Assembly (NCBI GenBank): GCA_964035545.1
Contig: OZ037773.1
Coordinates: forward strand, 649,751 to 713,750
DNA from: Bugula neritina
Lineage: Eukaryota > Animalia > Bryozoa
Direction of reading: 5' to 3'
Length of the DNA: 64,000 nucleotides
The notes under the pieces were generated by a model. It saw nothing but the letters and a program-made list of their open reading frames with translations, did not search any database and had not been told where the DNA came from. The position numbers and the translations under genes are program-made. Shown here piece by piece: positions 12,601 to 24,600 of this stretch; the stretch's first letter is position 1, and each line of letters begins with the position of its first letter.

Positions 12601-15600
12601 CTTCACCTACCATCAGATTCATCATGAAACCTACAACAAAACAGACCACAGAACAGACCACTAAACAGACCACAGAACCTATCAAAGCAAGTACTACCAA
12701 AGACGGATTGAAACCTACGGACACAACAAGCAGCCAACAATCGAAATTGAAATTAGAAGGTAAGTGATACATATGTAGGAGCAGGTAATAATTTATTTAT
12801 TGAGTTTGGTTTGTTATGTTACTTAGGAGATCAAAACGAAAATACTAAATGACATAAACTTCCTTCATTACAATTATTATTTTTGACAACCTTAAGTAAA
12901 TATTATTTTGCATTAAAGTTTGAGCTTTGGGTGCGCTCATGCATAATTTCTACTGATGGCTTGTTTTTAAAACACTCTAATGTGTCTCGTTAGAACTGAA
13001 GTTGACAAGGTAAATGATTGGTTATAAGCTGCAGATGGTTTAAAAGTTTTTAGTGAGAAATACACAACGCTGCCAAAGCATGGAGTAACTCTATTTGTTT
13101 TTTGTTATCTCTTAGGTCAGTCTTCAGAAATGAAGAACCATCTTGGTAAGCTTCTCAAAACATCTACAAGTTATAGATTTACAATTTATGTTAACAACTA
13201 GGCAACAATTAATTATTTTATTATTAATGAAGTTTTTTTCCAAATTGATTAACCAATGCATCTGGTGAAATGCCATGTTCAGTTTTACAACTGAATGTAG
13301 CAGGTTTTTCCTGCAACTACTACACTTAAAATTGTAGAGCTCACCGTCATAGTTGTGGTTATTGTACTCGGTGACATTGCACTCGGCATTGCGGTATTCC
13401 TATTTGTATACACGGACAGAAAAAAAGTCGCCAAATTGAACCAGAGGAAGAGTAACTCCTATAACAGATTAATATGCTTTACACTTATTAGGTATGTAAA
13501 ATTAGTAAAAGTTAAGCCTAGTTCTTCCTTCTTAAAGCTGAATGCAATAATGTATAACATAGTCTAGTATGAACACAAAAATAACAGAAGGCTCACTAAT
13601 TAGATAAAATAATTTTGGTGCTTGATCTGCATGAAAGACAATTGTAGTTCAAAATATCTTAGGCCTATGATGCTTGAGTTTGATCTGCATGTGGTTTCTA
13701 TTTTATGACATAGCTGACATTGGTGTTCTCTTTGAACCAGATATAAAGCAGTAGTAGTATAATAAGCGCCTCTACAGCTATGGAAGTAAGCATCTCGCAT
13801 CAGCCAACTTGTCAACGTGGCTTAGACTCTATGGCTATAAAAATTAGCATCTCGTTAACTATGTGAGCATTGTAAGCCGTAAAGTTGACAGGTGGTAGCT
13901 ATTAAATTTAGCTTACAGTAAACAAATTACACCTTTTAGCTAACTATGTAGTCAGAATCTCACGTACTAGAAAATTGATCTATGATTAGTTATTATGTAA
14001 TATGTCATAATAGAATATTACAGCTTTAAATTTTAACAGGATAAGAAGCTTGTTCAAAAATAAAAGGTAAGCCTACAACTTCCAGTTCTTTATTTAAAAA
14101 ATTACTATATTTTTGATTAATGTAATTAAATATAAAAGCATCATTTGCGTATGTATCACAACAATCATTTATTAAAGATATATTGTGTTCTAGTGAGAAA
14201 CCTCTGGCTAAATTCGTTAACACATAAATACAATATTGACCGCAAACTGTGGAAAATACAGATTGTAGCTGAGTGCTACTAAATTGTCAAGAGTCTACTG
14301 AATCAAATATAACCGCAACCTCTGGCATGTTGTAAAGACCACTTCCAAAAGAGTCAAAATAAACTCCTGTGAAAATAAACTTTCTGTCTTTAGAAACATC
14401 ACCCAGTGCTCTCTCAGATGATTGTGAAGTTTAGTGTTTACAACTCCACAGCAAGGATAATCCGTCAAACTACTACTAGGTATTCTATCAATTGGAAATA
14501 CACCGATGAAGTTCATCTTTTTCACCCACTCATCGTTCTCAAGAATGGAAAATATTTCTTTAGAATTTATCATGCATAGAAATTTGTAAGTACGGCTCTA
14601 TTCTTATCAATTTTTATACCAGAGTCAAATTCGGAGTAGACAATCACATTAACGGGTGTGTCAAGAGCCTGAGAAAACTTTAGCTCTAATCTTATTGTTC
14701 CCCGCTTTAGCAAATGAAAGCAAGTACTCAAATCTAGGTCAGGAGTTAAATCAAAGGCCATTAGACTGTAACCTTTTTCATATTCCTCTTTATCTATATC
14801 TATTCCGCCGTTGTGGAACACCTTTCCCGTTGATTCCAAGAGCGTAAAATAGTTTCTTAGAGTATTATGATTTGTGTAGTCTGAGACCAATGCCTTCTGA
14901 GGTACTTGTTTCCCGTCAACGACTAGGTTTGTATATTTTAAATGTTTGTGCTGAAAATTGAAAGGATTCAAATTGTACGCGCCTTCGAATGCAACAGCGT
15001 TTACAATACCTATAACTACATTCTTAGGCAGAATACCGTGAAATAAATTTTCTTCGTTTCAAGACAATGAACCCAATGCGACATTGAATGACTTTATATC
15101 AACTCTTCTGATAGGATAAATGGCTGGCAATAGTTTTTTGTCTAAATTTTCAATGTGCTTTAATTGTATTCCGCTATTGATTTTAACTTTTTGAAGGAAA
15201 AAAGATGCGTTTAGGAATTTTAGTTTGCAAGTAGTTTTCACCAGCCATTAACACTAAACTGTTGTGATTCCTCACAAACTTTAATTTCATGTCTACTCCT
15301 TCAAAATGAAGCGTCTTTGAAAGAATATGTCAGTGTGTGGTCTAACAATTAATTGCACAGTTTGCTCTGCCCCGTAATTCGTCTTCTAGCCTCCAGGCCT
15401 TCATTATCACCATCGATATGATCCATTTTTCCGGGTGTATCCTTTGAGTAGAGTGACATTGATAGCTGTGACTTTTTAGCTTCATTGGAGTAGCTTAGTA
15501 AAGTTTCTATAAGAGCTCTGTAGTGGTAGAGATTAGAAGCGTTGGAAATAACTACATCATTCAGCATAATTTTTACTTGTTGAAATAATGTGTGACCCAA

Positions 15601-18600
15601 AAGGTTTATAGGAGCCGCATCCCCTTGAGCATCGAGATCGGTACCGTCAGCTTTTGTTATTTTCACCTCTAATAATAGATAGCTTGAACTGAGGTCAAGG
15701 TAGTTGTTCGAATCAATCACCAGAGATTGAGAATTTTATAGGTCCCTCATCATTCAATGAGGCTGTGGGCATATGTTCTACGTGATATCCTTCTTCGATT
15801 GATGCTTGAGTAGGTAGTGTAGAAAATAAATCTAATTCGGGTTAGTCAGCGAGGCAGCTATGTTCCATTATAAAACTCATAGTATAGTATTCTATGAAAA
15901 GATATAACCCTACGTCTTTTCACCTTTGAAGAGTTAGAAGAAGTAACTCTGTTAGTCTGACGCTTCCTTTTTTATTTCGATTTCTGTTGGTGACGTATGT
16001 GATACCTTAAGTAATAACCTCTCCAGCAGTGCTGTTGACGTTATCTTTGGTCGACTCTCTGAATGGTTTACCGGATAAACTATCTCTGGCAATGTTTAGA
16101 CTAGTATTTATTGCTGTCTTTCCTAAACTTTTTACACCTTGTTTTACAACAGGCAATGCTGCTTTGAGTATGTTTCCAAATATGCTCCCTAAACTGTATC
16201 CTGTTTGATATTTTTTTCCTGAAAATATTGGAATCATTCCATTCCCTGATTGTTCATATAACTGTCTATAGCTATTTGATGCGGCATCACAATCGAATGG
16301 AATTATTCTCATATTAGGTTTATAGGTTTAATTTTTCGAATATCTACCATTACCACTGCACGTCCATGCGTGAATGGTACTTTTTCACCGTAATCCGTGT
16401 ATATATAAATTGATACACTCGAAACATGAGTTTTATTTATTTTGCAGTACTGTACATTATTAAAATTAGTGGACCGCAACCTCCAATGACCATCCTCGAC
16501 TCCTACAACTCCTAGTAGTTGTGCCTGAGTATCTCCAATAATACTAGATTCTGCTACATCTGTATACACCATCAGGTTGAATATTGTATGTAATTTTATT
16601 GGAGTTTTGTACTTGACCAAAATTGTGTTATCAGCCATTGATTTTATCTCAATTTTTTCTTCCTGCACATTAAGTATTTTCTCAAGAGATGGTGAGTATG
16701 TGATGTTTATAGAGCAACCTCTAACATTTTCAGCAATGACATAAAAAATCTTATTAACATCGTTGTAATAGAAAATAAATTTTACTTTCAGATTTAAACA
16801 CTGGTCATTTATTGCTTGATTGATAGATTGTATTAGCTTTTTATCTGATTTGTAGTAACCATCATCTAGATGCACTGTTTCTTCAGCTTCATTTACTTTT
16901 AAGGTTATGCTGCACTGTTTCACATTGAACCATGATTTATAAAAGTGTATCTCACTCAATCCGATCTTGTAAGAGCCATCCGTAAAATCTAACCTTTGAG
17001 GCAATTGAACTGTGTATACTGAAATACTATTTTTTGGAAAATGCTTCAACGAAGCATTACTAGGTAAAACAAAGCGCATCTTTGTAAGAGTGACAACATA
17101 TAAGTTTATTATCTAATTTTTATAGTTTAAAATTACATCTCTTTTATCAACATGCGAGTCAAAACTTGGTGGATATTCAGCCCACCTTACAATAAATTGG
17201 TTTTTACCATTTACAGTACGCTGACCAACAATTGATTCTATTTTATAGGTATTGCTCTTGGTGTCTACTTTCTGTAATTTCGGTTCATACCATGTTCATT
17301 CTAGCTGATCACCGCTGCCATCCGCGAGAGAATACACTGGAGAATTAGTAGTGTAGATTTTCGCTACGGTAAAGATTTTTTCACTCCAAGAAGGAAGGTA
17401 TCCTTTTTTAAATGCTGTACTATAATTATTTTGATATTCCAACGAGATCTCCAACACTGTATTTTAGTTTGTCAGTTAGACCACTCTGACTATCTGTGTA
17501 TAGTCTATGCCAAATTTCCTCTTGATTGTTAACTGTCACATCGTTTGGTGTTGAGTTATGAGCCGAGTGTTTTGAGTTATTGTATGATGATATTAGATCA
17601 TTGAGAATGTCAAGATATCTGTGACTGTTTTAATGGGTAAAATATTTAAGCAATTTAGCTTTCAGTGTTCTTTGCAGTCTTTCAACCATGGATGCTTTAA
17701 TCTCTTGGTTGTTGGATGAAAAGTGGTTTATGTTATATTGTGGTGGCTCACGGAGCTACCAGCACCGTAGTACAGGGAAATATTATTTCCCCCACTGATA
17801 CGACACGGGGTCACGTAATTGACCCGGAACAATGGACAGCCAATTAGCGATACTGAACGCAGTTAGTAGTAGTTAGTTTTCCCGCTGTTAGTTAGTTGAG
17901 GATAGCGTATTAAATTGTATGGACGTATCAGTTACTGAATGTATTTGCATAGCTTTTGTGATGTATTCCTGTGCTTAAAATATACTCGTATTAACTTGAC
18001 TTATTCTGGTGAAGTTCTCTAGCAAATAAATAGACTCTCTTGATTGCACATCAACCCAAAAACTAAAAATCGTAACAATATTCTTTCCTTAACCCTTTAA
18101 ATTGAGGGTTAAAGAATTCTTTGCCTCTATCTGACAAAATCATTTCTGGTGGAGTGTTGTAGTTTGCATTTTGTATAATCTCTCTCATAGCTCTACTTAC
18201 TTCTAAACCAGATTTAGAAGTAAGTAGGCTTTACGACTGAATGTGTCAATGCCTAATAGTATATACTTAAATCCATTATTTTCGGATGAGAACTGCTGGA
18301 GATCTGTTAAATCAATTTTCCACATGGCATTAATGCCTGATACAATAGCCTATACTTTTGTCTGGGAAAGTTTTTTCGCAAAGGTTTATGTAGGTTATAC
18401 ATGTAGTTGTCAGTTTTTTCAAGCCATTTATTAATTACACCCTTGCTTACTTTGCCTTTTAATGATTTGTATAATTTTGCCTTACTACCAAATCCGGCTG
18501 GTTTAGAAATATTGAAATAGGTGTCTCGAATTAGTTTCTCAGTATAGCTGGAGCCTGGATTTTGCTTTTTGCGTTTTCGCTTTGCCATCGTATAGATCCC

Positions 18601-21600
18601 ACTCACTTGATGACAATTTACTAGGCTCTCTTCTACTTTTAGATTTTTCTTCGATAACGTTTTGATTAATGAGTAGTTTGGGTACATTGTAATCAATTAA
18701 TACTTGTCTAAATTCTTTCCACCCTTTCAATGTTTTACCTTTCAGTTGACTATTAACCGCAAGATTTATTAGATCAGATAAATTGCTTTCACCTAGTTGA
18801 TTACCGTTAATAGTTACCTGCCCCGCATCATTTACAGAAACTTTACCATCTTTTTTCAGTATATCCCAAAGTTGACTCGCCTTTGTTTTAAATCTTTGAG
18901 GGATAGCTAGTAGTGGGTTATAAGATGTAAAAATTTCTGCTTCTTTTAGTTGTGGTTCACTATTCTTTGATAAAATAGGTAACTTTGTGCTAGATATTTT
19001 TTTATAATTAGTAGTTTTCAACTCTTGATAATTAGTCAACACGTTGTTATAAGCAGTTACTTTCTCATTTTCTGATAGCGTGTTATCATTTAAGATTTCA
19101 CTCATTAGCTTATCTACGGCAAATAGTTCTTTAATAATCAAAGGTTTGTTTCTCTCGATTTGTTGATAATCATTATTTTTGCTGACATCAGCATTTACAA
19201 ATGAGTTGTGTTTTAGATCAGCAGCATCCACTAATGAGAATTTTCTAGCGCTTTGCGAATTCATCTTTTTCTAAAACTGCTAAATATTCCTTTTGATAGT
19301 GGTGCTAGAACACTTTCTATTGATGGTCCTAAAAGAGCCGAGAAAAACCCTCCTTTCTGTACTAGTGTTTTTTTAGTTTTCAGTGTACTCTTTTTATCAG
19401 CAATCTTTCTTAAGATATTTTTGTATTTACGTAAGTTGTTTTCTTCAGTAGGTGACAATGACACCTTGCCTTTTAGTACGTTGTAGCAAATATCTGAGAA
19501 ACAGTTCAACAGTTCACTACCCGCTGCGTTGATGATTGCTTTACAGTTGTGTTTATCACATTCAGCTAAATAACTTAGAGTCTTGGCGTGTTTTTTAATT
19601 CTAGCGGTCATGATTTATATTAGCTTCAAGCTGCATTTCTTTGTAATGAAGTAGCGTTTCTGTTTGACAAATAGATATAGGATTTCTCACCCGGAAATAC
19701 ACCTGTTCTAATGCGCAAATAGTCTTCTGTCTCTTGCCTGTAGTCTATAACCAAGTACCCAAAGGGGACAGAAGTTGCGTCTCAAAACGCTTCAACAACA
19801 AAATTACTCTGATTTTTAGGAAACATTTGTCTTGCCAATTAGGATATCTGGTTTACGTCTCTAGGGTTTTTAAATACAACGTACGAAGCGCTTTGAGACA
19901 TTGTTCTCATGTGAGAGTTGTCTTGAAACAGATTCTGTGTTATGAATATTACACTTATGTTGCGATGGTGGCTGTGCTTAGTAAATATGTTTTTTATATT
20001 CTAATCTATTTCACTCATTAAATCGTCAAATAATATCAAGTTTTTTATATTTTTGTTTAATTCTTGAATACCTATAACACCTTGATGAATCTCAACGTTG
20101 TTGTATGAGCTAAACAATGGCTGCCACTCATTATAACAATATATTATTTTTTCAGGTGGAGGTGATATCATTGTATGACTGTTGGTAATCAATTTCTTTA
20201 CCCACTGAGTTTTACCAGCCCTTGAAGGACCAGCTACAATTGCTAAAAATGTATGGTAGAAAGGTAAGCTCATGATGTTAACTGTATATTATGAGAGTTT
20301 ATTCCCAAATAATAGTACTAAGTGAGGTACAAAAATATTAATAGGCATAGAAAAGTATAAAAAGATTTAGGCAAGTTCAGGGATGTTTAGACAAGTTTAG
20401 ACGAGTTTAGGCAAATATACACAATTATATACAAAATAGGCTATTGTACATTGTTTTGTTTCTCAAGAGCTATTCCCAAGTTCCATTATTTCTGTTGAAT
20501 GAAATATTTCACTGCAAAGTGTTCTCCAGCCTCGATATACATTTTGCAGAGTTGCACGCACAAGAAAAATATCGTTTCTAAGCGAATAGCTGAAATATTT
20601 GGATCAGTCAAATCTTTTGCCACTTTACAAAACTGAACATAACCGTTAGTCTCGTACATATCCTCGGCTAGTTTAACCAATTCATTTATTTCTTCTTCAC
20701 TCCAATTTTGATGTTTATTATACATGTCCAAAACGGTTTGCGTTATTTAATAGTTAAGGTAGTGTTGTCTACTCATTTTTGAAAGTTTGTACCATATATG
20801 ACTATAACCAGTTTGCTGTAATAGATATAAATTTTCCATTGTAGAATATCGATTGTTGCGACCTATCAACTGAACAGTGTAATACCAATTACCAACTTGC
20901 TTTTATACATTCTGTGTTCAATAGTAGCAGTGATTGTATTGAATTTCTTTTCACTGAGTATATATTGAGATATATTGAAATAGAGTGAAATAGATTGAAG
21001 TATATAGATGTTGTATATTAACAACTTGATTTTATACATTCTGTGTTCAATAGTAGCAATAATGGTATTGAATTTCTTTTCACCGAGTATATTATATTGA
21101 GATATATTGTAATATATAGATGTTGTATATTAACAATTTGCTTTTATACATTCTGTGTTTAATAGTAGCAGTAATAGTATTGAAATTCTTATCACTGAGT
21201 ATATATTGAGATATATTGTAATATATAGATGTTGTATATTAACAATTTGCTTTTAAACAATAATAGGCGCTCAAAGTAAAATATATATGCATAAAAGTTT
21301 TCCATTCACCAACATAAAATAGTAATGATAAAATATTTCCCCATCACCAAAAAATACAACATATTCATATCGTTATAAAGTCAGTGTCAGTCAGTCAGTC
21401 CGAAAATCTTATGATATTGGTTCGGTGCGCTTGAAATAACTATATTGATCTGGTGATGTCATCTACTCTAATTTCTGTCACATTTAGTGACCAAAATAAC
21501 TCCTCATTTACTTTTTTTATCACACCGCTTCTCAAAACGCATGTTAATTTTCCCACTTTTCCATAAACTTGTTGTACATTTAATAACACAGGTTGTCCGT

Positions 21601-24600
21601 TGACTACAGCGTTTACGCAAATCTCATCTTTCATGTTTTTGACCACGTCAACATAACAACCGAGCAATGATGAGTTTTCACTTTTACCGTAAAATTTAAC
21701 TTTTTTTTCCAAAAATTTTAGCTAGCTTTGTTTTAAAAAGTTCTGAGGTTTGAAGTTTTTTACATATAAACATGGCCCACTGTTGGGAATTTTTGATTCG
21801 TAAATTTTTAATTCACCGATAAATTCATCGGACTTGAAAAAAAATTTACGCGAATGGTTAAATGTAGGTATTATCTTGTCATTGTCAGTGTAGTAGGATA
21901 ATTGTGATTGATCATAATTAAGAGGGACTAAATAGCAACCTTCTTTATTTGCAGGTGTTTTGCTCTGATCGACAGCGGTAGCAGCAGTGGCAGCATCATC
22001 ACTTGTAATAACAGTTGTACCAGTAGAGGAACTAGCGGATAGAATAGACGACGTCATAGAGGAAGGAGTGCTAGTAACGCTAAAAAAGAGGAATCTATTA
22101 CTATGCTTTATAATATGTAACTTATTCTACGTAATATAATTTATTACACGACAAACATCTGTCTATTTGTTTATAGTTTGTCAGGTGAATACAATTAATT
22201 GTGAGTCTTACAGATGATTGATGATTTACGATATTCTACTAACCTCATGCTGGTAGATACAGATGGCTCGCTAGTCGACTCATCCACCTTTGGAATTGAT
22301 GCAGGTTTCTTACACTTTGATTCACCAGACTTAGATTCACTAAAATAATATTGTTATGTTTTTCAGAATTAGGGTTGATATGCAATCCAGAGAGTCTAAT
22401 TACTTGCTATAGAACTGCACCAGGATAAGTCAAGTGAACGAGTATATATTTTAAACACAATAATACATTACAAAAATGATACAAATACATTTGACAATTC
22501 ACACATCTAACTTCGACTGACTAACAGCGGGAAAACTACTACTGCTGCTAACTATCAAAACCGCTAATTGGCTATCAATTGTTTCGGGTCAATTACGCGA
22601 CCCTGTATACTGTGCTGCTGGTATCTCCACGAGCCACCACACCGCCCCCACCAGCAGAAAACCCTCTTTCTGATATAAAAAATATTTCTTCATTACCCAC
22701 ATACATCAGTAGACAAAATTGGAAAAAGACAATATATAAGATATACAATAACAGACAGAGTCATTATAACAGCAGGCTACATACAATTGGCCAGCTATAG
22801 AGGAGGAATACCGGCTAGCTGTGGTATTGGACAAAGAGTCGAACTGTCGAGCAGTCAAGAATTTGCACGATAGTCTTGGGTCTCCCAAGAGGACGAAGTT
22901 GTGGATTATTCCGGGCAACAGAACCAGAGTCAGTGTTGGGTACGCCGATGTTTGGCTTGGCATGTACGTAGCTTCCGTTTAATCCGGCCCACCGATCCTT
23001 TTAGTTGGAAGAGCCCCGTCGTGGTATTAAGCAGATCCGGTGCTAACTGGGTAAATTCCTCTTGCAGTCGGAGGAGGCGTTCCTCCACTGTGGCCAGGCG
23101 GGCAGAGTCTGGGGACGGTGTCTGTCTGCGGCGCAGAGGGGGACTGGGAGACCTGGTTCGTCTCTTCGTCGGGGTAGGGGAGACCTCTCCTTCTTCAGGA
23201 TAGGAAAACTCTTCGGGGGTGTACGCAATCTGATGGCGGTCAGATACCAATGAAGATTGTTGCCTGGCATAGTCTAGTACGCGCTGGAAACCTGAGGTCA
23301 GAACGGCTAACAACATCGCCTTCTTTACTAGGGGTCGTATCAGAGTGAGGAATTCTGGATAGAGCTTGGCATCCACCACGTAATTCTCTCCGGAGAAACA
23401 GCCCATCGCTCGATGTCTGGTGACGGGGTAAGGGTAGACATCGTTGTATCCACAGGGGCAGAACGTGAGTAAGAGATAGGCGTTGACATGTAGCTTCAAG
23501 GAGCGGTGAGAGGCACATTCTTCCTCACAAATCTGGCACCGCGTCCGTCCTCTGGACCCACAGGCCGTTTCTATCTGCTCCTCTGTTTCTGGAGACACCC
23601 ACCGCCAACGGCGGCGCAGTGGCTCGGGCCGGTCACCATTGGCATACTCCTCAGAATGCGGAGCGGGAAGTGCTCTATCCCGTACCCTGGTTGTAACGGG
23701 TCGAGTGTAATCTGAAAAAGTTTCAACAGTGTTAGTATAGTACACTGCCGTGTTGTCAGCTTGAACAGCCTGGCAACTTCTCTCTCAGTTACCTCGTAGA
23801 GATTTATGGTAGTGAATAGTCAGATAAAACACGTATTGCAATAAGATTATAAAATCTCTAAGTCAAACTGAGTTCTTACTACGGTAGTTCACTAACCTAT
23901 CTCCAGCTCATTTGACTCAGTGAGTCGGAGCTGAGCGATGCAATCTAGTTTCGTATTAAGATATAGTTAACTCACCCCACGATCTGTTGTCATAAGACAT
24001 ACTGAATTTGTGAAATGGTTTGAACTACTGCTTAGAAACACGTCTACTCTTGACTGCATCAGTGTATGAAAAGATCGAGCAACGTGGTTGGGGTGCGTGA
24101 TTAAGACTTTGTGCACCCGGCGGATGAATTTTGTTTCTATTTCCGCCGATACAAAAGTTGATATTTCCGTGGTGTTGACAACTCCCACATTTGCTCAATA
24201 CCTTTCTCGTATGGATTTCCCCTAGACTTTCATACGCGCCGCTTTAAACGCAGTCGCATACGAAGTCCCTCAAATATGCGGGGGGTTGCCTCGTACGCTG
24301 TCCCCTTTCTAGGGGGGTGACACGCTCGCCGGTTTATTAGCAGGGGCCTCTAATGGCGTCTCTATTTCACCGTTGGCGGTCACTTCTTCTTGTTCTCCGG
24401 ATGGAGCCCCTCCCTCCGTGGGGGTTTGCACTTCCGGAACCGGCTCGGTTTCTGGAAGTGATGGAATCAGACTTGGCGGCGGACGTGCTTCTGCTGGCAA
24501 AAGCTGTCGCTCTTCTCTCACCAAGTCTTCCTCCCGCGGTATGACCACTTCATATTCAGGTCCATGCCGCCGTCGCCCGCGTGTTGTTGTCTGCCTCCTG

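Noticed and set aside
20274-22351. pPolB remnant in the Polinton
   Set aside because: No exonuclease or polymerase motifs (DxE, YDxxSLYP, KxxxNSxYG, YxDTDS) seen in the listed ORFs or by eye.
22930-23745. ORF3 as an env gene
   Set aside because: No signal peptide, fusion peptide or TM segment; zinc-finger and basic motifs instead.
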